In this document: in pieces, positions 16,775-25,144 of the stretch | Layout: each line of letters starts with the position of its first letter | How positions within the stretch are numbered: the stretch's first letter is position 1 | Origin: Dermatophilaceae bacterium | GTDB lineage: Bacteria; Actinomycetota; Actinomycetes; Actinomycetales; Dermatophilaceae | Length of the DNA stretch: 64,000 bases | Direction: 5' to 3' | Assembly (NCBI GenBank): GCA_044220505.1 | Contig: JBGAQV010000001.1 | Location: forward strand, 586-64,585 | Notes under the pieces: model-generated | Told to the model about the DNA's origin: nothing | Databases searched by the model: none | Seen by the model: the letters and a program-made list of their open reading frames with translations, nothing else | Position numbers and translations under genes: made by a program

Positions 16775-17491
16775 GTGGACGAGTTGGACGAGGCCTTCGA
16801 CGCGGGTGCCCGCCGCTACGACCTGCTGGTCGGGCTCAACCCCGGCTACCACCGCCACTTGCGCTCGGCCGCCCGGGCGCTCATCGAGCAGGTACCCGCC
16901 GGAGGACTCATCGCCGACCTCGGGTGCGGGTCAGGGCTCTCGACCCGTGCCCTGCTCGCAGCCGGAGGCGCCACGGTCCTGGGCGTCGACGCCTCGGCCG
17001 GGATGCTGCGGGTCGCCCGGGCCAAGGCCTGGCCACCTGGGGTGAGCTTCGTCCATTCGCCGGCGCAGGATCTCGCCCAGGTGCTGCGGGACCGAGGTGC
17101 GGGGCCCCTGGACGGGGCGTTCGCGGCATACCTGCTGCGCAATGTCCCCGAAGGTGAGCGCCTCGACTTCCTGCTCGCGCTGCGGGCCGCGCTGCGTCCC
17201 GGTGCCAATGTCGTGCTGCAGGACTACTCGCTCGCGCCGGGTCGACGACCGCTGGCGATCTGGCGGTTGGTCTGCCGGGCCGTCATCACGCCGCTGGCGA
17301 CGGCGGTCGACGGCAACGCCGAGCTCTACGACTATCTCGAGGAGAGCGTGGTGACCAACTGGGCGCCAGCCCGGATCGCCGGCGCATTGCGGGAGGCCGG
17401 ATTCACTGACGTTGTCGTGCGCACCGTGCCGGGCTGGCAACGCGGGATCCTCCACGACTTCCGCGCCCGAGCCGGCGGACGGCCGTCATGA
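16775..17491 (+). CDS. Class I SAM-dependent methyltransferase (CrtT-like by context)
   Basis: GTG 16775 lies 1 nt after the crtU stop. SAM motif I LIADLGCGSGLST and post-I VLGVDASAGML. Confidence 0.8.
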   Translation: MDELDEAFDAGARRYDLLVGLNPGYHRHLRSAARALIEQVPAGGLIADLGCGSGLSTRALLAAGGATVLGVDASAGMLRVARAKAWPPGVSFVHSPAQDLAQVLRDRGAGPLDGAFAAYLLRNVPEGERLDFLLALRAALRPGANVVLQDYSLAPGRRPLAIWRLVCRAVITPLATAVDGNAELYDYLEESVVTNWAPARIAGALREAGFTDVVVRTVPGWQRGILHDFRARAGGRPS

Positions 17492-18018
17492 CGACGATCC
17501 ACGAGAGGGTGCCGCTGCGGCTCACCCGCGACGGGGTGCTGGCCCGGCTGACCGACCGGGCGTTCGTCGCCTGGCGCGGCGAGGCCAACTCGGCGCTGCG
17601 CAGCGACCTCGTCGAGCACCGCGTGACCCCCGCGGAGGTTGTCATCCGCAGCACCGCCACGATCGGGGCCGACTGGCTGCCGGGCAAGGTGGCCGCTGCC
17701 GCGACCGCGCTGCCGACGATCACCCGGATCGAGACCTGGGACCTCGCCAGTGGCACCGGCCGCACCGAGTTCTCAGGGTTCGGCGTGCCGGCCAGCGCCT
17801 CGGCGATCATGAGCATCGAACCGGGGCACGGGCGCTCTGCCACGCCCGACGGATGCGTCCTGGCGCACCAGGTGCGGCTGCAGGTCGACCTGCCCTTCGT
17901 CGGCGGGCTGGTGGAGAAGGCGCTGGCCGGCCGCATCGCCGCGACGCTGCGGATCGAATCGGAGCTCTACGACTCCTACCGGCCGGACCAGGCTGGGCCC
18001 GGTCTCGACCCGCGGTAG
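17488..18018 (+). CDS. DUF2505/SRPBCC-like protein (last gene of the carotenoid operon)
   Basis: ATG 17488 overlaps the methyltransferase stop (ATGA). 176 aa. C-terminal LPFVGGLVEKALAGRIAATLRIESEL resembles DUF2505 proteins. The family call is from memory. Confidence 0.55.
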   Translation: MTTIHERVPLRLTRDGVLARLTDRAFVAWRGEANSALRSDLVEHRVTPAEVVIRSTATIGADWLPGKVAAAATALPTITRIETWDLASGTGRTEFSGFGVPASASAIMSIEPGHGRSATPDGCVLAHQVRLQVDLPFVGGLVEKALAGRIAATLRIESELYDSYRPDQAGPGLDPR

Positions 18019-18131
18019 CCCACCACGCGGCATACCCGGGTGGTGTCTGGGGTGGACATCTACGCACAAAAGCCGGCCGGGCCTCGGCGCGGGTCCGGGG
18101 TGTGAGGGACCACACTGGTTAGCCTGCTGGC

Positions 18132-21100
18132 GTGACTGTCGTGGAAACCATCGCCGGCTGGGCCCGCGAACTGTCCGACGTGGGCGGACCCAACACTCTG
18201 TTGTGGGCGCCGACCCGCCGGGACGGGTTCCTCGAACTCACCATGGCCCACCCCGGCGGCGTCTCGATGCTCCTGGCCGGACGACCGACCCGGTTGAGCG
18301 ACCTGGTGCGCGAGCCGGGCGCCTTCGACGACGCGCTGGAGGTCGCGAGGCGGGTGCACGTCCAGGCTGTCGACCTGCTCGAACACCGCGGACTGGCCTG
18401 TGGATTCGTCGCCATGGGGGTGGCGACCTGGGACCCTCCGCGGGCGCGTGCGGTCGTCGAGGCGCCGGTGCTGCTGCGCACCTGCACGCTGCGGCCGACG
18501 ACGGTGGCCGAGGCCGACTTCGACCTCGACCTCGGGCCGACCGTCGAGGTCAACCCGGCGCTGGTCAACTACCTGCGCTCGGTCGCCGGCATCGAGGTCG
18601 ACCCGACGGCCCTCGCCGCACTCGCCGACGGTGCCTATGGGTTCGACCCCTACCCCGTGTATGCCGCGCTGGCGCGGCTGTGCGCCGATGTGCCGGGCTT
18701 CTCGGTCACTCCGCGGCTGGCCCTCGCGACCTACCCCTACGTCAAACTCGCCATGGTCGCCGATGTCAGCGCCAACGCTCGCTGGCTGTCCCAGGTCGAC
18801 CTCATCGCGGCGCTCGCCGGCGACGAGGGGGCCACGACGCGGCTGTCGCACGCTCCGCTGGAGCCCCTCGTCGACCCCGACCCCGAGCGCGAGGTGCTAC
18901 CGCTGGACCTCGACCCGATGCAGCACGCCGTGGTCGAGGCGACCCGGCGCGACACCGGGGTGGCGCTGCGGGCCCCCCGCGGGACGGGACGGACCCAGAC
19001 TCTGGCGGCCGTCGTCGCCGCGGCAGCGTTCGACGAGCGGCGGGTCCTCTATGTCACCCGCAACCGGCAGAGTGTCCGCGACCTGCGCTCGCGGCTGGCC
19101 TCGGTGGGTCTGGGTGCCCTCGTCCTCGACCTCACCGGCTCCGATGCGGGGCGTGGCGGCGCGCTGGAGGAACTCGCCGCGGCTGTCGCGTCGGCCACAG
19201 CTCGGGACCAGAGCACCTCGCTGATCCCCGATGCGCGGGGTGCCTTCGCCCGCGCGTTCGCCGTCGCCGAGGCCCGTGACGAGCTGGCCGGTCACGTCGA
19301 GGCGCTGCACAAGGTGCGCCAGCCCTGGGGGGTCACGGCATACCAGGTGCAGGAAGCGATGGCCGCGCTCGCGACCCACGCCCCGGCGCCGGGCTCCCGG
19401 GTGCGGATCGCCGGAGCGGCGCTGCGGGCCCTGAGCCGTGAGCGCATCGACGAACTCGCCTCCCATCTGGCCGAGGCCGCGGCGGTCGGAGCCTGGGCGG
19501 CCGGCGAGGGACTCGACCCCTGGTATGCCGCCGACATCCGCACTGAGCAGGAGGTGGCCCGCGCCAAGGCCATCGTGCAGCGTTTCGCCGGCGAGGGATT
19601 TGCCACTGCCGCCAAGGATCTCGACGGCATCTTCGCCGAATCCACGCTCAAGCCGGCCCGCACGCCACTGGAGTGGGATCGCGCGCTGCGCACCATGAGC
19701 GGGGTTCGCGAGACCCTCGAAGTCTTCCGGCCGGAGATCTTCGACATCCCGCTGGACGAGCATGTCGCCGCGACCGGCTCGCGCGATTTCCGCGACCAGG
19801 ACGACGAAGCCGACCTCGGGTTCATCAGTCGGTCGCGAGTGCGGCGCCAAGCGCGGCGGCTGCTGCGCCCCGGCCGCCCACCGCAGGACCTGCATGCCGA
19901 GTTGATCTCGGCGCGCGAGCAGCGCAACGCCTGGCACGAGCTGGTCGGCGCCGGGGGCCGCCCGGAGATCTCGCCACGGCTCGACGAGGCGCAAGCGCGC
20001 TACGACAGCATCGCGTCCGATCTCACCTGGCTGCAGGCCCGGCTCGAGCCCACCGAAGCCGGCGGCAACCTGCTCGGCACCTCGATGCCGTTGGTGCGTG
20101 GCCGGATCAACCAACTCGCCGAGCGCCTGGAGCGGTTGGAGATCCTCCCCAAGGTGACGCCGGTCGTCGAGGAGTTGCGCGCCGCGGGCATGGGTGCGGT
20201 CATCGACGACTTCGCCCGCCGTGGCGTGGCCGCCGATGAGGTGCGCCACGAACTCGACCACATCTGGTGGGCCTCCATCGGGCAGGAGATCACCTCCTCC
20301 GACCGGCGCTACTCCGGACACGACGGGGCGCGGCTGCGGGAGCGGGCCAATCAGCTCGCCGAGCACGAGACCACCGCCCGCACCGACGCGCGCGAGCGGA
20401 TCACCCGGCATACCGAAGCCTTGGTCCGGCGGCGCAGCCGCGACAACCAGCGCCAGGCGCAGTTGCTGCGCTCCCAGGGGGCCGGTGTCAGCGCGCGCGC
20501 GCGGCTCGCCTTCACCGACGTGGTCCGCGAGGGTGAGGACCTCGTGGCGGCGGTGCGTCCCTGCCTGGCGATGAGCCCGTATGCCGTCGCGCAGTTGCTC
20601 GCCCCCGGCACCTCCTTCGATCTTGTCGTCATCGACGACGCGAGCAGCCTCACCGTGGCCGAAGCCATCTCCGCACTCTCGCGCGGCCGGCAGGTCGTCG
20701 TGGCGAGCGACCCCTACGGGCCGCCGCCCGAGCCCTTCCGAGTCGGTCAGGCGCCGGACGTGACTTCGGCGGCAACCGCGCCACCGTCGCTCGCCGAGCG
20801 GGCCCAAGGCCTGCTGCGCGTGGCGGACCTCACCTGGTGGCACAGCACCGCCGATCCCCGGCTGCGGCCGGACGACCTGGCCGGGACTGTGGAAGGTATC
20901 CCCGCGCCGTCGGGTGCGGCAGCGGTCGACCTGGTCACCGTCGAGGGGGTCGTCACGTACGCGCCTGGGCCGGACCAGCCGATCGAATGCTCGGAGTCCG
21001 AGGCCCAAGCGGTCGTTGCGGCCGTGCTCGATCACGCCCGGCTGCGCTCGGATCACAGCCTGGCTGTCGTCGGCCTCACCCGAGCCGTCGTCGACGCGGT

Positions 21101-22241
21101 GCGATCCCGACTGCGCGAGGCGGTCGCCGACTTGGCCGAGGGTGACCCTGCCGCGGCGTTCCTTGCCGCGGCGGGGGACCAGCCGTTCGTCGTGACCGGC
21201 TTCGAGCACGCGGCGATGATCGAGCGCGACGTCGTGATCCTCGCCGTGGGCTACGGACGCACCCCGCACGGCCGGGTGCTGCACAGGTTCCCGTCCCTCG
21301 ATGCGCCCGGGGCGCAGGGCGCTCTGGCGGCCGTGCGCCGGGCGGCCCGGCGCCGGCTCGCCGTCGTCACTGCGTTGACCTCGCAGGACCTCGTACCCAG
21401 CCGGTTGAAGACGCCAGGCGCGAGCGCATTGCGCGAACTCCTGGTCACCGTCGAGACCGCGGCTCGTGCCGACGATGCGGCCACCGAGGCCGCCTCATCT
21501 GGTGTCGAGGCTCGATCCGACAGCGCGCTGATGACCTACCTCGCCGAGCGGCTGCGTGGTGAGGGGCTCACGGTCGCCCACGAGGTGGGCGTCGGTGCGC
21601 ACACCGTCGAGCTCGCGGTGGGTCACCCCGACCTGCCCGGCCGCTACCTCGTCGCTGTCGAGAGCGACGGGCCTCGGTATGCCGCTCGGCAGGGCGTGCG
21701 CGTGCGCGACCGGCTGCGACCCGATCAGATTGCCCGCGCGGGATGGCGGTTCGTGCGGGTCTGGTCCACCGACCTCTACCGCGACCCGGCGCGCGAGGTG
21801 GCTCGCATCGTCGCAGAGGTGCGCGAGATCGTCCGTGCCGAACGACCGGAGCCGGCCGCGGCAGCTGCCGTCGTGCCGGTCGAGGAAGCGGTCGAGCAGG
21901 CAGTCGAAGAGAAGGTCGTCGAAGAGACGGTTCTCGAAGGTGCGGACGTGGCGGGGCGCGACCGATCCGACGGCGATGCTGCGCAGTCGACGCCAGGGGA
22001 GTCGAACGCGGCTGCGTCCCGGCCCGCTCCGCAGTCAGCGGCACAGCCTGATCCAGCGGCACGTCCCGAGCCAGGCGCACGGGCCGAGCCAGGAGCACAA
22101 GCCGTGCCCGCAGCACGGCCAGCGCCACGACGCCGTCCGGAGCAGACCCGCGACGACACCGATGCCGGGTGGGGGGAGCGGCCCGACGGGGGCGCCCACG
22201 ATCGGTGGTTGCAGGAGCAGCGTCCACCGCATTGGGAGTGA
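18132..22241 (+). CDS. Large DUF4011 / SF1 (Upf1-like) helicase-related protein with C-terminal restriction-endonuclease-like (DUF559-type) domain; ATPase motifs degenerate
   Basis: 1369-aa GC3-rich ORF. N-terminal DUF4011-like region (GFVAMGVATW ... APVLLRTCTLRP). The Walker A position reads APRGTGRTQT and motif II reads VVIDDASS. C-terminal VELAVGHP ... VAVESDGPRYA ... DRLRPDQIARAGWRFVRVWSTD resembles Vsr/DUF559-fold nucleases. Ends in an Ala/Pro/Glu-rich tail. Confidence 0.8.
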   Translation: MTVVETIAGWARELSDVGGPNTLLWAPTRRDGFLELTMAHPGGVSMLLAGRPTRLSDLVREPGAFDDALEVARRVHVQAVDLLEHRGLACGFVAMGVATWDPPRARAVVEAPVLLRTCTLRPTTVAEADFDLDLGPTVEVNPALVNYLRSVAGIEVDPTALAALADGAYGFDPYPVYAALARLCADVPGFSVTPRLALATYPYVKLAMVADVSANARWLSQVDLIAALAGDEGATTRLSHAPLEPLVDPDPEREVLPLDLDPMQHAVVEATRRDTGVALRAPRGTGRTQTLAAVVAAAAFDERRVLYVTRNRQSVRDLRSRLASVGLGALVLDLTGSDAGRGGALEELAAAVASATARDQSTSLIPDARGAFARAFAVAEARDELAGHVEALHKVRQPWGVTAYQVQEAMAALATHAPAPGSRVRIAGAALRALSRERIDELASHLAEAAAVGAWAAGEGLDPWYAADIRTEQEVARAKAIVQRFAGEGFATAAKDLDGIFAESTLKPARTPLEWDRALRTMSGVRETLEVFRPEIFDIPLDEHVAATGSRDFRDQDDEADLGFISRSRVRRQARRLLRPGRPPQDLHAELISAREQRNAWHELVGAGGRPEISPRLDEAQARYDSIASDLTWLQARLEPTEAGGNLLGTSMPLVRGRINQLAERLERLEILPKVTPVVEELRAAGMGAVIDDFARRGVAADEVRHELDHIWWASIGQEITSSDRRYSGHDGARLRERANQLAEHETTARTDARERITRHTEALVRRRSRDNQRQAQLLRSQGAGVSARARLAFTDVVREGEDLVAAVRPCLAMSPYAVAQLLAPGTSFDLVVIDDASSLTVAEAISALSRGRQVVVASDPYGPPPEPFRVGQAPDVTSAATAPPSLAERAQGLLRVADLTWWHSTADPRLRPDDLAGTVEGIPAPSGAAAVDLVTVEGVVTYAPGPDQPIECSESEAQAVVAAVLDHARLRSDHSLAVVGLTRAVVDAVRSRLREAVADLAEGDPAAAFLAAAGDQPFVVTGFEHAAMIERDVVILAVGYGRTPHGRVLHRFPSLDAPGAQGALAAVRRAARRRLAVVTALTSQDLVPSRLKTPGASALRELLVTVETAARADDAATEAASSGVEARSDSALMTYLAERLRGEGLTVAHEVGVGAHTVELAVGHPDLPGRYLVAVESDGPRYAARQGVRVRDRLRPDQIARAGWRFVRVWSTDLYRDPAREVARIVAEVREIVRAERPEPAAAAAVVPVEEAVEQAVEEKVVEETVLEGADVAGRDRSDGDAAQSTPGESNAAASRPAPQSAAQPDPAARPEPGARAEPGAQAVPAARPAPRRRPEQTRDDTDAGWGERPDGGAHDRWLQEQRPPHWE

Positions 22242-22257
22242 CGGTTTGCGCCGCAGA

Positions 22258-22299
22258 CTGCCAAGGGGCGGGAGCCGATCGGCTCCCGCCCCTTGGCAG
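22258..22299. terminator. Perfect 42-bp palindrome between convergent genes (bidirectional terminator)
   Basis: CTGCCAAGGGGCGGGAGCCGA / TCGGCTCCCGCCCCTTGGCAG, with 21-bp arms and no mismatch. Lies between the stops at 22241 (+) and 22314 (-). Confidence 0.75.
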
Positions 22300-22313
22300 G
22301 TGTCAGACGAGGA

Positions 22314-22679
22314 TCACCGAGCGCGCAGCGCGTCGCGGATCTCGGTGAGCAGGGCGACCTCCTCGGAGGGCGCCTCGGTTGCCGGCTCGACGCCCTTGGC
22401 GCGGCGCTCGGCCAGCTTGTTCAGCGGGGCGACGACCATGAAGTAGACGGCCGCGGCGACGATGACGAACGAGATCAGCGTCGTGAGGAAGGCGCCGACA
22501 TGAATGCCCTGGGGCACCCAACCGGAGAAGTTGGGGGTGCCGCCGAGCTTGCCGATGAGGTCCATGATGACCGTCACGAACGACTCGATGACCTTGCCGA
22601 ACGCGCCACCGATGACGACGGCAACCGCGAGGTCGACGACGTTGCCGCGCATGAGGAAGTCTTTGAAACCCTTGAGCAT
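22314..22679 (-). CDS. mscL: Large-conductance mechanosensitive channel
   Basis: Homology starts at MLKGFKDFLMRGNVVDLAVAVVIGGAFGKVIESFV (ATG at 22679). 121 aa with two TM segments. The 36 upstream codons of the ORF are not MscL-like. Confidence 0.92.
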   Translation of the reverse strand: MLKGFKDFLMRGNVVDLAVAVVIGGAFGKVIESFVTVIMDLIGKLGGTPNFSGWVPQGIHVGAFLTTLISFVIVAAAVYFMVVAPLNKLAERRAKGVEPATEAPSEEVALLTEIRDALRAR

Positions 22680-22937
22680 GGGTTGTTGTCCTTTTCTGTG
22701 GGGGTTGCTCCCGACACTGGGAGGGTTAACTCCCCTCACGTGAGGGGTGGACGGGCGGGTAGTTCGCCCCCGGGGAGCCATTGACATGGTCTGTAGCTGA
22801 CCTGCTCGGCGGGTGGTGCGTCACCGCGTCCCCCCCAGGCAGGCGCACCCACGCTACCCAAAGCGCGTCAGGTGAGCCAATCGGAGGCAGCCCCGCGCGT
22901 GTCGCAGGTCACCGGACCTGCTCTTGACACGTGGCAT

Positions 22938-23639
22938 TCACGGCCGCACGGCGACGACGAAACCGGCCCCACTGCCGGCCGGCCCGAAGGCTGCCGCCAG
23001 TCGGGCAACATCGGTCTCGGGGACGGCGACGAACAGCGCAACTTCCGGTGCCGAGGCCATCGACCATGCGCCGACTGCTGTTGGTGCGTCGGCGGACGAG
23101 GTGCCAGGACCCGCCGCGGGGTCGGGGGCCTGCAGGACGATCGCGTCGGTCACCCGCTCACCGCTGCCGGACTCGAGGACGAGCACCTCATCGCCCGTCG
23201 AAATCATCTGCAACACAGCGGGATTAGCCAGTGGCACGGCGATCGCCACGCGCCCGGAGGTCACTCCGGCCGGGCCCTTCACGGGCGCGACACGGCTGGA
23301 GGTCACGACTTCCCCCGCCAGGACCGGGCCGCTCAGGGACCGCCCGAGAGCTGCTTCGACCGCGATGAACGCACCCGGTGGGCGTGCGGCGGAGGGCACC
23401 TGCCGCAGCTCCAGGTCCTGTGCCGTGAGGCGATGCCCAGGCGGCAGATCAGCGCTGACGCTGACGACCGGCACCGCAGTGGCATCGGCCGCGTTCGCGC
23501 GCAGGGCGGCGACGACGATGACGGCGGCCAGCGCGGCGAGCAGTGCCGCCGTCAGGCGGCGGGCGTGGCGGCGCCAATAGGCATGCCGTCGTGACTCGGG
23601 ACGGCCGCTGGTCGCTCCGGGTCGGGGGAACCGCGTCAT
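22938..23639 (-). CDS. SAF domain-containing protein (CpaB/RcpC-like N-terminal domain)
   Basis: The ATG at 23639 overlaps the stop of the upstream MTAP gene (ATGA on the minus strand). TM anchor LTAALLAALAAVIVVAAL, then a SAF-like segment VPVVSVSADLPPGHRLTAQDLELRQVP ... GEVVTSSRV. Confidence 0.6.
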   Translation of the reverse strand: MTRFPRPGATSGRPESRRHAYWRRHARRLTAALLAALAAVIVVAALRANAADATAVPVVSVSADLPPGHRLTAQDLELRQVPSAARPPGAFIAVEAALGRSLSGPVLAGEVVTSSRVAPVKGPAGVTSGRVAIAVPLANPAVLQMISTGDEVLVLESGSGERVTDAIVLQAPDPAAGPGTSSADAPTAVGAWSMASAPEVALFVAVPETDVARLAAAFGPAGSGAGFVVAVRP

Positions 23640-24514
23640 GGCAAGGGGAACGGCAGGGTGAGGCCGTCGACGGCCCGGCGGCAGGCGCACCCGGCGGCGC
23701 TGTCGGACTCGGCCGCCGGCAGACGGTGGATCGCGGCGCCGATCAGCGCCTTGAATGGCGGCATGGCGCTGGCGAACGTCGCGACCACCTCGTCATGGGT
23801 CACCCCATCGCCGTGCTCGACTCCGGCGTCGAGGTCGGTCACCAGCGCCACGGTGGTGAAACACATCGCCAGCTCGCGAGCAATGGCGGCCTCTGGCATG
23901 GCGGTCATCCCGACCAACGTGCCGCCGGCCGCCTGGTGCCATTGGCTCTCGGCGCGAGTGGAGAACCGCGGACCGTTGATCACCACGAGGGTGCCGCCCA
24001 CGGCATACGGCAGGTCGCTGTCGGCCAGCGCCTGCGCGAGGGCCGCCCGACCACGGGCGCAATAGGGGTCGGCGAAACTCACGTGGACCACCGCGCCGAC
24101 CTCGTCGTAGACGGTGTGGGCGCGCCCCCAGGTGCGGTCGATGACCTGGTCGGGGACGACCACCGTGCCAGGCCCCAGCTCCGGCCGCAGCGACCCGACC
24201 GCACAGGGCGAGAGCACCTGGCGCACGCCCAGCGAGCGCAGCGCCCAGAGATTGGCTCGGTAGTTGACCCGGTGCGGCGGGAAACGGTGGTCGTGGCCGT
24301 GCCGGGCGAGGAAGGCGACCCGCCGCCCGTGCAACTCGCCGACCACGACGTCGTCGCTCGGCGGCCCGAACGGCGTCGTCACGGCCACTCGGTGCGCGTC
24401 GGTGAGGAAGCTGTAGAACCCCGACCCACCGATCACGCCGATCTCGGCGTCGTCGCGCCGGAACGGCTCGGCGGGTTGGGCGGCGGACTCGGCAGGGCCG
24501 GGTTGGGCGGTCAT
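23636..24514 (-). CDS. mtnP: S-methyl-5'-thioadenosine phosphorylase (PNP/MTAP family 2)
   Basis: Homology starts at the ATG at 24514 (MTAQPG..). Blocks IGVIGGSGFYSF, FLARHGHDHRFPPHRVNYRANLWAL and VVINGPRFSTRAES ... GMTAMPEA. Confidence 0.85.
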   Translation of the reverse strand: MTAQPGPAESAAQPAEPFRRDDAEIGVIGGSGFYSFLTDAHRVAVTTPFGPPSDDVVVGELHGRRVAFLARHGHDHRFPPHRVNYRANLWALRSLGVRQVLSPCAVGSLRPELGPGTVVVPDQVIDRTWGRAHTVYDEVGAVVHVSFADPYCARGRAALAQALADSDLPYAVGGTLVVINGPRFSTRAESQWHQAAGGTLVGMTAMPEAAIARELAMCFTTVALVTDLDAGVEHGDGVTHDEVVATFASAMPPFKALIGAAIHRLPAAESDSAAGCACRRAVDGLTLPFPLP

Positions 24515-24626
24515 GACGGCAAGGGTAGGACCCCGGTATGCCGGGTGGTCGCCGCAAGCGCGGCCGTTGTGGATGGTGGGACGACCGGTCCGAGGATGTG
24601 GACGAGCCGGTGGGTCGTGCGCGGAA

Positions 24627-25058
24627 TCAGCTGGAGGAGGTGCTCCCGGCGGCTGCCGAACTCGTCGAGGCCGAGCCGCCCGAGCCACTCGAACCACCGG
24701 AGCTGCCCGAACCCGAACCTCCGCCCGACGAACCCGAGCCCGCGGACCCATTGCCAACACCAGCGCCAGCACTCGAGCCGCTCGAGGCGCCGTTCGAGCT
24801 GGATGTCGATCCGGTGCCGCCCGCGCCAGACGACCCCGCCGCACTCGAAGAACCAGTTGACGAACCGACGGTGCTGGACCCGGAGCGTGAGTCGGTGCGA
24901 TAGAAGCCCGACCCCTTGAAGGTCACTCCGATCGAACCGTAGACCTTGCGCAACCGGCCCGAGCACTCCGGGCACATCGTCAGCGGGTCGTCGCTGAAGG
25001 ACTGCACGAAGTCGAATGCGTGGTCGCACTCGGTGCAGCGGTAGGCGTAGGTGGGCAC
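24627..25058 (-). CDS. FmdB/CxxC_CxxC_SSSS zinc-ribbon protein with long Ser/Gly-rich tail (resembles mycobacterial Rv0991c/Ruc)
   Basis: MPTYAYRCTECDHAFDFVQSFSDDPLTMCPECSGRLRKVYG (two CxxC pairs), followed by ~90 aa of S/G/A low complexity. Confidence 0.75.
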   Translation of the reverse strand: MPTYAYRCTECDHAFDFVQSFSDDPLTMCPECSGRLRKVYGSIGVTFKGSGFYRTDSRSGSSTVGSSTGSSSAAGSSGAGGTGSTSSSNGASSGSSAGAGVGNGSAGSGSSGGGSGSGSSGGSSGSGGSASTSSAAAGSTSSS

Positions 25059-25144
25059 GGGACCTCCTGGTCGGCGAAGCGTCCGGATTCTATGCGGGGT
25101 CGCCGCGTCGCTTCCAATTCGTCACGTTGGGCTCGGCGGCAACG

